A DNA stretch of 64,000 nucleotides, taken from NCBI GenBank assembly GCA_951406725.2, contig OX597826.1, forward strand, positions 43,834,001 through 43,898,000, in the 5' to 3' direction. The notes below the pieces were generated by a model that saw nothing but the letters and a program-made list of their open reading frames with translations, did not search any database and was not told where the DNA came from. The DNA comes from Octopus vulgaris. Its lineage: Eukaryota. This document shows, in pieces, positions 1-12,503 of this stretch. The translations under genes were made by a program, and so were the position numbers. The number at the start of each line of letters is the position of its first letter. The first letter of the stretch is position 1.

Positions 1-250
1 GAACAATTCAATACGGAATTCATCCTATTCTTTGCAGCATTTTAAGATGTAGCTACCAATTTGATAACGAGTTACTTGTTAAAAAGGATTAAGTAAAGCT
101 ATATCCATTGCGGTCTGATAAAATACATCACGTGTATGTTTGTGAATAAGTGCAAGGTTCCAGTAATGTATGTGGATTCCATTTATAAGGACAAGGAGAA
201 AAGAGGATTCTGTACCAATTTAGAAATGTGAGAATGAAACTAGTTGACTA

Positions 251-880
251 CAGTAATTCCTCGCTATATCACGGTTCACCCATTGCGGTTTATTATTTAA
301 GCTTAAGTCGACTCCTCCGTGGTGTTGTTTTGCATTTATAATAAAATAAATGTATACAAATTATGAAAATAATAAAAAAAAAATACAGTACAGTATTGTT
401 TCTACGTCGTTGATTTTCACCTATCGCAGGGTGTTTTGGAATGTAACACCCGCATTAGTCGAGGAATAAATAATGGAAGCACTACGTCGGTTACGACGAT
501 GAGGGTTCCGGTTGATCCGAATCAACGGAACAGCCTGCTCGTGAAATTAACGTGTAAGTGGCTGAGCACTCCACAGACACGTGTACCCTTAACGTAGTTC
601 TCGGGGATATTCAGCGTGACACAGAGAGTGACAAGGCCGGCCTTTTGAAATACAGGTACAACAGAAACAGAAACAGGAAGTAAGAGTGAGAGAAAGTTGT
701 GGTGAAAGAGTACAGCAGGGATCACCACCATCCCTGCCGGAGCCTCGTGGAGCTTTAGGTGTTTTCGCTCAATAAACACTCACAACGCCCGGTCTGGGAA
801 TCGAAACCGCGATCCTATGACCGCGAGTCCGCTGCCCTAACCACTGGGCCATTGCGCTTCCACTGATGAGGGATTACTCT
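251..880. mobile_element. pogo/Tigger-like MITE, right TIR interrupted by a SINE
   Basis: TA|CAGTAATTCCTCG at 249-263. The complementary end is split into CGAGGAAT (460-467) and GAGGGATTACT (868-878), either side of the SINE. Confidence 0.55.
471..863 (-). mobile_element. tRNA-derived SINE, group A (body 1 + tail 1)
   Basis: Minus strand starts GTGGAAGCGCAATGGCCCAGTGGTTAG (A box) and has GGTTTCGATTCCC (B box). Head and body match 8466-8775; the tail matches 26545-26722. Confidence 0.85.
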
Positions 881-902
881 GTTGAAAAACATTGTCTATA
901 TA

Positions 903-1207
903 TTTTATCGTTTACATCTTTCAGTCATTGGAGTGCAACCAAGCTGGGGTACTGCCACGAAGAGTTAGTCGGACAAATCGACTCTAGTGCTTATTATTAA
1001 GTCTGGTACGTATTTTGTCGGCATCTTTGCCGAAATGCTAACTTACGGTGACGTAATCAAACCGTAACCAAATGCACTTGTGTGGCACTGGTCGGCCCGG
1101 AACTACAATAGAAGATACTTGCATAAAGTGTCACACACAGGCACTGAACCACGCAACAACATGGCTGCAAAGGGATCATTTTAACCCTACTACTACTATA
1201 CCATATC
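903..1207 (-). mobile_element. degenerate SINE group B copy
   Basis: Diverged match to the 10038-10451 consensus (tail CAGTCATT..., body GAAGATACTTGC...). Confidence 0.6.
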
Positions 1208-1354
1208 TGCGCCTATATATGAGCAATAATTCCTTTCCATTCCTCTCTATCTCTCTCATTTCTATTTCTATCTATCTCTCTCCACTCTTGCTTCGGAAGA
1301 AATAACACAAAGTATCTTGTCGGGCGCACTAATGATTCTGACAGCTCGCCGCCT

Positions 1355-1417
<63 letters not shown>

Positions 1418-1418
1418 C
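1355..1418. repeat. (CTA)n microsatellite
   Basis: Direct observation. Confidence 0.95.
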
Positions 1419-1424
1419 AACACC

Positions 1425-1833
1425 ACAGATTCACTTGTCAGTTGCTTAGCCCTAACAAGTTAAGCGTTTGCTTTAGTGGCTGGCGATATGTGCAACTCTG
1501 GTGACGATCAGGAAAAAGTGGGAGGACATCATAGCAATGGCTGAGAGGGATTCATTGGGGTTTGAATAATTCAGTCCGGGAAACATGGATGGTTCGTTCA
1601 TCATCCTTCAACAACACTTATTCAGGGACCGAGATGGGCTACTCGACCTGGAGAAAATTCTTACTGAACCCTATTTGCAAGGTCATATGCTGTTTATCTT
1701 GATATGAGATCACCATGTCGCTCACATATGGTTGTGATGCATGTACCAGGTGTACCCTTATCATGATGGGTATACTGGGCTTCGTATATTTTAACCCAGT
1801 GTCACTTTGATGGCATGCACTGCTGCCTCACTC
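1425..1833 (+). mobile_element. probable 3' UTR remnant of a TAA-targeting retroelement
   Basis: Complex segment between a (CTA)n array and an (AAT)n array, directly upstream of a Dong-like fragment. No protein motif was recognised. Confidence 0.3.
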
Positions 1834-1891
<58 letters not shown>

Positions 1892-1896
<5 letters not shown>

Positions 1897-2779
1897 CTAA
1901 AAATAGAACAGCAACGAACCATGATAAAACGATGGCAAGAAAAGCCCCTTCATGGTAAATACTGGACTAAACTAAACGCAAAAGAAATAGACACAGAAAA
2001 ATCTCAGCAGGACTCAAAGCAGAGACAGAGAGATTTTTAATTGCAGCACAAGACCAAAGCCTCCCCACCAGAAATTACCAAAAACATGTAATGAAAAGAA
2101 ATATAACAAGTAACTGCAGAATATGTGGAGATGGACAAGAAACAATAAATCATATTATCTCTGGCTGCCCAGTCCTGGCTAAGAAGAAATATATTCACAG
2201 ACATGATAGTGTTGGCACCTACATACACTGGAAGCTATGCCAACATTATGGAATAACAACAGAAAAAAGATGGTATAGGCACACACCAGAAAAGGTCACA
2301 GAAAACGAGAAAGCAACCATACTCTGGGATATGCCGATACACACAGATAGAGAAATTAAGGCCAACAGACCAGATATAGTTGTCAGAGATCATGAAGAAA
2401 AAAAAATGCTTTCTAATTTATGTATCAATACCGGCAGATGACAACGTGTCTCTAAAAGAAATGGAGAAACTTTCAAAATACAAAGACCTGGAAATAGAGG
2501 TAACCAGAATGTGGAATCTAAAAACAGAAACAATTCCTATCATAGTAGGTGCATTAGGCATGATAAAAAAATATTCAGACAAATACATAACAAAAACACC
2601 AGGACTTACAAACACATATAACATACAGAAAATTGCACTACTAAGCACTGCACACATCCTACGCAGAACACTTTTCATACAATAACCATCAGAGCATCAC
2701 AACAAATCACAGCACATACCTAAGGCACACAGAGCTGCGCTCGGTAGTGAAGTGAAAGCACGCTATAAAAATAAAACTA

Positions 2780-2782
<3 letters not shown>
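1892..2782 (+). mobile_element. 5'-truncated Dong/R4-clade non-LTR retrotransposon (CCHC knuckle + restriction-like endonuclease), frameshifted
   Basis: CRICG..ETINHIISGC, RHD, ILWDMPIHTDREIKANRPDIVVRD, KEMEKLSKYKDL, PIIVGALG and TAHILRRTL motifs. Flanked on both sides by (AAT)n, the known Dong target. Confidence 0.9.
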
Positions 2783-2876
<94 letters not shown>

Positions 2877-2907
2877 TAATAAAAATAATAATAATAATCA
2901 CTATTAA

Positions 2908-2985
<78 letters not shown>
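2783..2985. repeat. (AAT)n array abutting an inverted (ATT)n array
   Basis: Direct observation; the switch point is near 2900. Confidence 0.95.
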
Positions 2986-2986
<1 letters not shown>

Positions 2987-3232
2987 GTTAGGCTGAGGTT
3001 CGGTCTTATTCCTGGAGAATTTATGTGGGTAGCTGGTTACTACCTGTAGCCTTAGGTATCCCACAAGTTTTCAGCTGTCTTTTAAGTGCTTAGAACCCTC
3101 ATGATAATCCTTGCTGTCCCTAAGAGACAAAATTCCTGTAGGAGCTCTACCGGGCATTCTATTCCAATCTCTTTCTGCTGTTCGTCTATATCTTTGCTTA
3201 CTGTTCCCAACGCGCCGGTTATTAGGCACTAA
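2986..3232 (-). mobile_element. Dong/R4-like 3' fragment (second subfamily)
   Basis: Minus strand translates ITGALGTVSKDIDEQQKEIGIECPVELLQEFCLLGTARIIMRVLST*, followed by a UTR and (AAT)n. Confidence 0.75.
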
Positions 3233-3377
3233 TGTCTCCAAATTCTATTTCAAATTTTAAGGGGTTGCATTTCTTTTATTTTTCGCCCCCTTTCCGATTC
3301 TTCTTCTTCTTCTTCTTCTTCTTCTTCTTCTTCTTCTTCTTCTTCTTCTTCTTCTTCTTCTTCTCCTCGTTATTATT

Positions 3378-3552
3378 AAGGTGGCGAGATGGCAGAATCG
3401 TTAGCACACGGGGTGAAATGCTTAGAGGTATTTCATCTGCAGCTACGTTATAAGTTCAAATTTTACCGACGCCGACTTTACCTTTCATTCTTCTGGGGAT
3501 CGATAAATTTAAGTACCGGTTATACATTAAGGTCGATGTAATCGACTTACCC
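3378..3552 (+). mobile_element. Meta-domain SINE (group M), diverged and 3'-truncated
   Basis: Head GGTGGCGAGATGGCAGAATCGTTAGC and Meta-like box CCTTTCATTCTTCTGGGGATCGATAAATTTAAGTACC. Confidence 0.75.
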
Positions 3553-3662
3553 CTTGGGTATGTGTCTTGTACTATAGCCTCGGGCAGAGTAAAGCTTTGG
3601 GAATTGATTTGGTAAACGGAAACTGAATGAAGCCCGTCGTATATATACATCCATATATATAT
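3553..3662 (+). mobile_element. SINE group B fragment ending in its internal (TA)n
   Basis: CCTTGGG..TGTCTT..CTATAGCCTCGGG...GGAAACTGAA.GAAGCCCGTCG matches 10115-10200. Confidence 0.75.
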
Positions 3663-3663
3663 G

Positions 3664-4849
3664 GACCTCGACATAGCTGGAAAACTTGGAGTATGGTTAC
3701 ATGACTTCCTGAAAGATAGGAATCAGGCAGTAGTGGTTAATGGAGCCACCTCTATGAACACACAAATAGTGAGCGGTGTTCCACAGGGCACTGTCTTGGG
3801 ACCACTGCTTTTTATAGTGGCCCTCTCAGATATGCCCTGAAATGCCCGGATAGCCACTCTGGCCAGCTATGCAGACGATAAGAAAGTCTCGCAGAAAATA
3901 CAGAACCCCAGCGATGTTGGACACCTGCAGCAAGAGTTGGACTCAATCTACAAATGGGCTGAGGATAATAATATGCAGTTTAATGCTGAACAATTCCAGG
4001 CCCTGCGCTACCAGCATCCAAAACTGAATATTAAACTTACAGGATACACCGGTCCACAGGGAATTTTCAATCCCAGAGCCTAAGTCTGTGAGGGACCTGG
4101 GTATCCACATGAGTGATGATACCTCTTTCCAAGTGCACATTACCAGGATGGCGACAAAGTGCAGACAACTGGCTGGGTGGATTCTAAGAACATTCAGAAC
4201 CAGAGATAAGGAAACCATGATGGTCCTCTGGCGGACATTCGTCCTCAACCGCCTGGATTACTGCTCACAGCTATGGTCACCCACCAGTGTAAAATTAACA
4301 GCGGACCTTGAAGCAATCCAGAGAAGATTCACAAAGAAGATCGTCTCTTTGCAACAGCTCAGCTACTGGGAAAGGTTGAAACAGCTAAGACTCTACTCCC
4401 TGGAGAGAAGACGGGAGAGGTATGCAGTAATATATGTCTGGAAGATCCTGGAAGGAATTGTGCCAAATTTTGGCATTGTAAGCTACACCAACGCTAGAAC
4501 AGAACGACATTGCATAGTGCCAAAGATCCCAGCAATACCATCACGCTTCAGGACCAGCTTCTGTATCAGCTTGGGTTTCAAGGGCCCACAGCTTTTTAAT
4601 ATTCTCCCAAAGAGTCTGAGGAACTTGCACAAAATAGATGTAGCGGTTTTTAAATCAAAGCTGGACATCTTCCTGTCTAGAGCCCCAGATGAACCTACCT
4701 CACGGCAAGAGGTGCAAATGAGAGTAGCTGTATCAAACTCCATTCTTCACCAAGTGCCACATATTAGACGAAGTTCTTCGCAATAACAGTGTAGCACAAA
4801 ACGGCGGTGCATCAGCATGGCCGCAGCTCTGAGCTGAAACTAGAGAATA

Positions 4850-4859
<10 letters not shown>
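3664..4859 (+). pseudogene. 5'-truncated CR1/L2-group LINE, reverse transcriptase C-terminal half
   Basis: SGVPQGTVLGPLLF, YADD, RDLGIHMS, LDYCSQLWSP, LEAIQRRFTK and LYSLERRRER motifs. In-frame TGA at 3838-3840, frameshift near 4060, 3' stem-loop and A-tail at 4803-4859. Confidence 0.92.
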
Positions 4860-4917
<58 letters not shown>

Positions 4918-4975
4918 GTATATATATATAACTACATACACACACACATATATTTGTTCATGTATATGTACGTGT

Positions 4976-5014
<39 letters not shown>

Positions 5015-5337
5015 CACGTACATACACACAGACACATATATATATATATACATGTGTGTGTGTGTGTGTGTTTGATTTATGGTGTGAAGAATATAAAAAT
5101 TAGGCGTTAAATATCTGAATGTAAAAACATAGTTGTAAGCTAGAAATTGTTGCTACTGCTTAGTGACTGAAGGTTTAATTTTCTGGGGTGACCTCTGATG
5201 GAAGGCATTTCAGCAGGGACTCTCTCTCCTTTTTTTCTTTTTTTTTTCATATTTCAATCTTTCCTGCCTGTAAAACTTTCGGATGTTATTCGATAGACAC
5301 TTGTTTACCATATCTACCAAATCTTGCAATTAAGTAG

Positions 5338-5423
<86 letters not shown>

Positions 5424-6099
5424 GCACAGACACATACACACACAAACACACACACACACGTTGCTTTGAAATGTGAAAAATATATAAGTTTAGGCCTTTC
5501 ATACATATTATAATACTTCCACTTCCATACAAGAGTAAAAAATATAGTTTTAACTTAAAAATTACATTAAAACATCATACTATATTTGGTTTACACAGAT
5601 TTTATATATTGAATATGCTATTTAGCAGTTTCTTCTCCAAATTATTACTGAATGCAAAGATAATTAGATTTGATATAAAAATCCCTCGAGGCTAGTAATT
5701 GCTGTGTAGGCGAATATATAAATATTAGTAAGATTATTAAACAAGCAACGACAAGAACAACAACATTGTAAAGCTTTTAATTGAATATTAGTCATAATTA
5801 GATTAACATTATTTTGAGTTGGTTATATTAAACTTAAGGATAGAGTTATAAACTGATAAACAAACTCATACCTACCTCGTACGCATACACTGAAAAAGAG
5901 AGGAGATAATGAGATAGAGAGAAGGAGAGAAAGGTAGGTAAATAGAGAGAGGTAGAGAGAGAGAGAGAGAGAAAGAGAGAAGGAGAGAAAGTGGGAGGTA
6001 GGTAGGGAGGGAGAGATCGAATATTATCAATGAAAAACCAGTGGAAACAAGTTTCCATAACTCGATCGGAATAGCGGGAGATCGGCTGTTACTAGCACA

Positions 6100-6144
<45 letters not shown>

Positions 6145-6363
6145 CTCATATATATTCATATATACACAGGGAGAAACGCACACAAACGTATACATAGATA
6201 TATACACACACGTACATATACACACAGACACACATATACACACACACATAGATATACATTATATATATAATACATGTACATATATATATATGTATGTGTA
6301 TATATATAAGTTAGGTAACTTATATATATATATATAAATGTACGAATGTATGCATATATATAC

Positions 6364-6408
<45 letters not shown>

Positions 6409-6432
6409 CATATATATATATATAAATGCATG

Positions 6433-6465
<33 letters not shown>

Positions 6466-6951
6466 ATATACATAAATATATAATTTAACGAAGGCAGCTA
6501 TAAATGCATGCATACATACATGCATGCATACATATATACATATACATATACATGCAGTCATGCACACACACACATATATTTGTACATATATGTTTTATGT
6601 TCCATTTGTGAAATTACATAACACGATCTTAGGGTATCATGTTAAAATCCAAACACACATATATAAACACGTAATGAAAAATGCATAAAATATAAGCTTT
6701 TATTCCGTAAACAAGTAATTGAAATTTTCCTTTCTCTGAAATCCTCCTCTGTAGGCTTGGGTCAGAGTGTAAATAACCATGTTTTCCTTTCACAAGCCGA
6801 TACTAAACTGATGAAATCAGTTTACAGTTCATCTCATGGAAGCGCACATTAGCGATATTTCATTTTCAAACAAATTTCCTCTAATAAGACGGTGGGTGAA
6901 TTTACACAACACAATAGAAGTAAACATTTAGCTTTACATACTCATGATGTA

Positions 6952-8181
6952 CACAGACATGCAGGAAGTAAAAGGCACCTTTAATTTTCAAAATCTTTAT
7001 TTAATACGCAAAACGAACAATTGAAATGTAATCGACAGGTAGGACTACATACTTTAGTATTTAGTTGATATTCCCTTTGCAGTTTTTAATTCAGAAACTC
7101 TTTTTGGCATTGAACTGATGAGCTTTGTGATTGCCTCTTGTGGAATTTCTGCCCACTTTCCACGCAACAATCGAAACAATTCATCTTTAGATTTAGGTTT
7201 CTGTCGCGTTTTTCGTATAGCTCTATCTCATATTCTCCAAAGATTTTCAGTTGGGTTGATGTCAAGAGATTGGCTGGGCCAAGGAAGCTTTTTGATCCCA
7301 TTTTCAGTCAGCCATTGTTGATCCCTTTTCGCTGTGTGACATGGAGCCCCATCTTCCACGAATAAAAACTCAATTTTCGCTATTATCGTGTGAATACATC
7401 GGAAGTAGTCCTTGCTTAAGTATTTCGTTGTACTTTTCAGAGTTTATGGTTCTAATACATTCGATCAGCTCAGAACGACCATTGCTGGTGACAGCTCCCC
7501 ATTCCATTACAGAGATACCGCCATGTTTCACAGTTGGTTGGAGGCGTTTCAAATCAAATTCATAATTTGAAACACGCCCACTGAAAATAATGCAAATCTG
7601 GATTCATCTGAGAAAATCAGTCTATCCCAAAAATGAATTGGATTTTTCTGACATCACCTTAGCCCATTTCTTTCTTTTCATGATATTAATTGGTTGAAGG
7701 AGAGATTTTCTTCTAGCTGCCTGTCCATAGACCCAAACTTATGCAGATATGTAACACACGTTCTTGGACTAATTTTTTGCAATGCCAGAAGCCTTCGAAC
7801 GGGGTTCGTTTTCCACAATTCTCTTCAAACAGCGAAGCTTCATTTTCGGGGGCCCAGGTCAACTAGGACGAGAATCTGTTGATTCTTTTCCTTGGCTTTT
7901 AAATTGTACTATAATTGTATTAACAGTAGCAAGAGGAATTTGCAGATTTTCAGCAATTTTTTGCTGGCTAAGACCAGCCTCAGATTGCCCAACAATACGA
8001 CCTCTTTGAAAATCTGACAGTTCTGCTGAATTTTTTTACTCTTCACAAAATTTTAATATAATGGCACCTGGAATGAAAAAAAAATAATTACGTTGTAAAT
8101 TTTATACCACTGAAAACAAAGGACGCTTAGATCAGAAATTTTGAAAATTAAATGTGTCTATTTACTTCCTGCATGTACAAA
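6952..8181 (-). mobile_element. Tc1-family DNA transposon with disrupted transposase
   Basis: About 40-bp TIRs (ACATGCAGGAAGTAAA..CAC.TTTAATTTTCAAAAT at 6957-6994, complement at 8138-8176). Minus strand gives [12 protein letters not shown] (HTH), FSDESRF, PTVKHGGISVMEWG and EDGAPCHT. Stops and frameshifts are present. Confidence 0.9.
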
Positions 8182-8465
8182 TAGTGATGTTTGCGTCATT
8201 GAAACAGCTACCAAGTACATTAAATTAAGTGCTATACGTGGAATTTATGCTTGCTTCTTTTCATTCTAAATATAACTTAACAAAATTACGCCATGTATGC
8301 ACACACACACCTACCCACACTCACACACACACACATACACACGCACAAAACACATATATATATATGCAGACACGTACACACTCATACACACATTCTAGAA
8401 GTTTTGACATACTTTTATAGAGCCATTTATAACTGCCTCAGATTATAATTTTAGCATATCATTAA

Positions 8466-8775
8466 TGTGTGGAGGCGCAATGGCTCAATGGTTAGGGCAG
8501 CGAACTCTCGGTCGGAGGATCACGGTTTCGATTCCCAGACGGGCGTTGTGTGTGTTTATTGAGCGAAAACACCTAAAAGTTCCACGAGGCTCCGGCAGGG
8601 GGTGGTGGCGACCCCTGTTGTACTCTTTCACCACAATTTTCTCTCACTTTCTCTTCCTCTTTCTTGAGTAACGCTGCGATGGACTGGCGTCCCATCCAGC
8701 TAGGTTGAACACATACGCCACAGAAACCGGGAAACCGGGCCCATGAGCCTGGCTAGGCTTGAAAAGGGCGACATT
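8466..8775 (+). mobile_element. tRNA-derived SINE group A (body 1 + tail 2)
   Basis: A/B boxes; tail GCTGCGATGGACTGGCGTCCC...GAAACCGGG. Probable TSD CATATCATTAATGT / CATATTATTAATGT. Confidence 0.85.
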
Positions 8776-8839
8776 TATCGTCATATTATTAATGTACATC
8801 TAATAATTTTACCTGCCAACACTTGTTATTCCAGATCGA

Positions 8840-9270
8840 AGGAGACGGCTGTAATAGCACTTTGAACACATCCTACTAAACACTCCTTGTCACAGTATAC
8901 TGAACATTGCTTGTCAAAAACTCGTCCTGATAACGAACTACTTGGCAGAGAAGTGCATCAAAAATCTCCCTCACCTCTCCTACAGTTCCAGACTTTGCCC
9001 TCTGTAACTTTTGTTTGATCCCTAAGATGGAATAGACCCTCAGGCGCAGTTATCTTGAAAACATTGAGAATGTGAAAGGGATTGTGACGTGGTTCCTGGA
9101 CAATTTACTTAGGAGGACATCCTCGAGGCTTTTACGAAGTTGCTAGAGTGACAGAACAAGTACTTTGGTGTTAGAGGGTCCTACTTTGAAGGACACTAGA
9201 AGTTTAATTACTTCTTTGCAATTAAGATATGTCTCTTCTGAAAAGGTCTCAAAATTCCCGGAATGCATTC
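8840..9270 (+). pseudogene. mariner transposase 3' remnant
   Basis: Degenerate LPHLSYS-PDFALCNFCLIPKM (cf. YSPDLAPCDFWLFPKLK) and VRGSYFEGH*. Confidence 0.7.
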
Positions 9271-9365
9271 GTTAAGTTGTGCTTTCTTAAGCAATTATAG
9301 TTCAAGAACTTATCTTGGAAGGTGCTTAGTATAACTTTCTTCGACTTAATCGTGCAAATTTCTTC

Positions 9366-9784
9366 TTTTTTTTTTACTGCCCATAAGGGGCTACACACAG
9401 AGGGGACAAACAAGGACAGACAAACGGATTAAGTCGATTATATCGACCCGACTGCGTAACTGGTTCTTATTTAACCGACACCGAAAGGATGAAAGGCAAA
9501 GTCAACCTCGGAGGAATTTGAACTCACAACGTAACGGCAGACGAAATACTTATTTCTTTACTACCCACAAGGGGCTAAACACAGAGGGGACAAACAAGGA
9601 CAGACAAATGGATTAAGTCGATTATATCGACCCCAGTGCGTAACTGGTTCTTATTTAACCGACACCGAAAGGATGAAAGGCAAAGTCGACCTCGGCGGAA
9701 TTTGAACTCAGAACGTAGCGGGCAGACGAAATACGGCTACGCATTTCGCCCGGCGTGCTAACGTTTCTGCCAGCTCGCTACCTT
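9366..9784 (-). mobile_element. Meta-domain SINE dimer with 19-bp TSD
   Basis: Two ~180-bp units joined at GAAATACTTATTTC (9543-9556). TSD CTTAATCGTG(C/A)AAATTTCT at 9345-9363 and 9782-9800. Confidence 0.9.
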
Positions 9785-10037
9785 AATCGTGAAAATTTCT
9801 GCCACTGGTCACTCAACGATATTCCTCTTAGTTCATTTTCGTAAATTATGCAAATCAACCAAGGAGTATAAAGGTTTCTCTCAGTAAACAAACGTAGTGC
9901 AACCAGAGCCAATGTATGTAATTGTCAAAACATAGGGCTTCGAATGATGAACGTTCGGGTTTTGATTGGCAATAGGGAACGTGGGAAAAAATCTGATCTT
10001 TCAATTTAATATATATATATTTAATATATATATATAA

Positions 10038-10451
10038 GGCGCAGGAGTGACTGTGTGGTAAGTAGCTTGCTAACCAACCACTTGGTTCCGGGTTCAGTCC
10101 CACTACGTGGCATCTTGGGCAAGTGTCTTCTGCTATAGCCCCGGGCCGACCAATGCCTTGTGAGTGGATTTGGTAGACGGAAACTGAAAGAAGCCTGTCG
10201 TATATATATGTATATATATATAAGTGTGTGTGTATATGTTTGTGCGTCTGTGTTTGCCCCCTTAGCATTGCTTGACGACCTGGTGTGTTTACGTCCCCGT
10301 CACTTAGCGGTTCGGCAAAAGAGACCGATAGAATAAGTACTGGGCTTACAAAGAATAAGTCCCGGGGTCGATTTGCTCGACTAAAGGCGGTGCTCCAGCA
10401 TGGCCGCAGTCAAATGACTGAAACAAGTAAAAGAGAAAAGAGTAAAGAGTA
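10038..10451 (+). mobile_element. tRNA-derived SINE group B (internal microsatellite, CR1-type tail)
   Basis: A-box-like GAGTGACTGTGTGG, B-box-like GGTTCAGTCCC, CTTGGGCAAGT, internal (TA)n/(TG)n, tail GGCGGTGCTCCAGCATGGCCGCAG... and (AAAAGAG)n end. Confidence 0.9.
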
Positions 10452-10725
10452 ATATCGTTACTCCATAACTGCGTCAAGTTTTACCTTTAATTCTTCTTGT
10501 CAACAACGACACATTTGCATTCACGCGTTAACAAACATTATATACACATGCACACACAAATATACACAAGTCCGCCTATGTACAAACACATACTTTATAT
10601 ATACGATTGCACCAGTGTGCGCTCGCGAACTGGTGCGTGCGTGTGTGTATGTAGCAAACGCGTATGTAGCAAACATGTGAACACAGAGGTTTCAGTATAG
10701 ACTAAAAGGTAAAACGAGACACATT

Positions 10726-11058
10726 GAGACCCCCATCGGTCTTGACTGACCGTGGTGTTGCACCAGAAAGTTACCCTCCCAGGCACAAGTCCGGGCAAGG
10801 TTGTTTATGGAAGACCAGCAGTCGCCCATGCATACCAGCTTCCCCTCTCCACGCCACCAGTGTTATCCAAGGGAAAGAAAAGGCCGATACGGCTTGGCAC
10901 CTGTGACATCGCAACTCATTTCTACAGCTGAGTGAACTGGAGCAACGTTAAATAAAGTGTTTTGCTCAAGAACACAACACGCAGTCCGGTCCGGGATTCG
11001 AACTCACAACCTCACGACGTAAGCTCGACACTCTAACCACTGAGCCATGCGCCTTCAC
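10726..11058 (-). mobile_element. tRNA-derived SINE group A (body 2 + tail 3)
   Basis: TGGCTCAGTGGTTAGAG and GTTCGAATCCC boxes. Body GTGTTCTTGAGCAAAACAC...CTCCAGTTCACTCAGCTG is shared with 26403 and 42355. Confidence 0.85.
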
Positions 11059-11722
11059 ACATACTCATATATAAATGTACGTGCATGTATATGTTTGTCT
11101 GATTATCTGTGTATGTATTTATGTCAGTAATTAAGGCACTAATGAAGAATAAATAAAAGCTGTAGATCTATTCAATTCAAATGTTATATCGGTCACATAA
11201 GCTCTCCTCCTTACTCACCACGTAGATACAATAAGCATCTCTTGCATTGCACTGCGACACAAATCGAAACTAGACAGGAAAACATTATATAAAAAATACA
11301 CCTGACCTATGCAAAATTCTTCACGAAACTTGATACTTAATAAGGGAAAAATACTCACTCTTAGCACAACACGACTTTCAAATATTCTGATGACATTTAA
11401 ATCTAATTGAAAGAAATTAAGATTCCAGATAATGATTATTCCAATTACATTGCAGCTGGCTACTATAATGAGGTCACAACACACACCAAAACTCTTCCGT
11501 TCTGAGGATGAAACTGTGAAGATTTAAAAACATTCATGATGGGTTCAGAGACTTTAATATTAAAGGCAAATTGCAATGATCCCCTACAAAAATATGAAAA
11601 CAAACATGGATAAAACACAAAAATGTTTTCAATATATACTTGAAAGAAAAGATGGTCGCATTTGTATACTTACATGCACGCATACATACATGCATACCTA
11701 CACACATACATACTTACATACA

Positions 11723-12336
11723 TGATGGCTGCCCCCTCGTTATCGAGTATGGCCATTGCACGAAGCTCAACTGTTATTGGTCCTGTGATCGAATGTGACT
11801 TTTATTTGCTTTTTAAGGCTAGAGCCAGCCATTCAGTTGAGACTCACAGCACCATCAACAATCATGAACAATGTTATCGTGCAATGCCTGTGCAAGAAGA
11901 TTTTTTTTTAAAGTGAGGAAAGGCTGTGCACTGAGTCAATCCAACTCACTAAGCAATAGTACCCATAATCCGTAAAGAAGAACAAGTCAACATCATCGGT
12001 AACCACAGAGCCGCTGGTTTTATGTCGGAGTTATCCCAGTTACCTGAGTTACCTTCTTCTAGAAGGATGCCCTAACAAAGGCTAGGAGTCCTTCACTCCC
12101 AATGGTTTGACCGCGCGATCGGGTATTCAGTCCGATTATTTCTATGTCCCCGCGCATGATACAGCCTTAAGCTTTAAGAAAAAAAAATTACACATTTATT
12201 GGATGGCCGTTGACTCTCAAGAGTTCCTCCGCCCTTTTGACGGGTTTTGTTTTTCATCCCGCAGGGTGTCCAGTAAACACCCTCCTCACCAAGCAAGCTT
12301 GGTGGGGTTGCCGGTTTAGTCGCCGACGGCCCGACC
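11723..12336 (-). mobile_element. non-autonomous RTE-like derivative (5' UTR + 3' tail, no ORF) inserted in (TACA)n
   Basis: Minus 5' end GGTCGGGCCGTCGGCGACTAAACCGGCAACCCCAC resembles RTE 5' UTRs. The 3' end ...CTCGATAACGAGGGGGCAGCCATCA resembles RTE tails. (TACA)n on both sides. Confidence 0.5.
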
Positions 12337-12455
12337 ATACATACATACATACATACATACATACACACATACATACATACATACATACATACATACATAC
12401 ATACATACATACATACATACATACATACATACATACATACAAACATACATACATA

Positions 12456-12503
12456 AGGCGGCGAGCTGACAGAAACGTTAGCACACCGGGCGAAATGCGT
12501 AGC
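12456..12503 (+). mobile_element. Meta-SINE head fragment
   Basis: AGGCGGCGAGCTGACAGAAACGTTAGCACACCGGGCGAAATGCGTAGC. Confidence 0.7.

Noticed and set aside
790-863. tRNA genes at SINE heads (also 8468, 10990, 26748, 42530)
   Set aside because: A/B boxes run into SINE bodies and there is no complete acceptor stem or terminator.
3060-3115. Apparent decayed hammerhead (CAGCTG palindrome)
   Set aside because: Better explained as the stop-codon region of the Dong-like ORF on the minus strand.
4088-4786. 232-aa ORF as a host gene
   Set aside because: It is the C-terminal part of a truncated, disrupted LINE ORF2.
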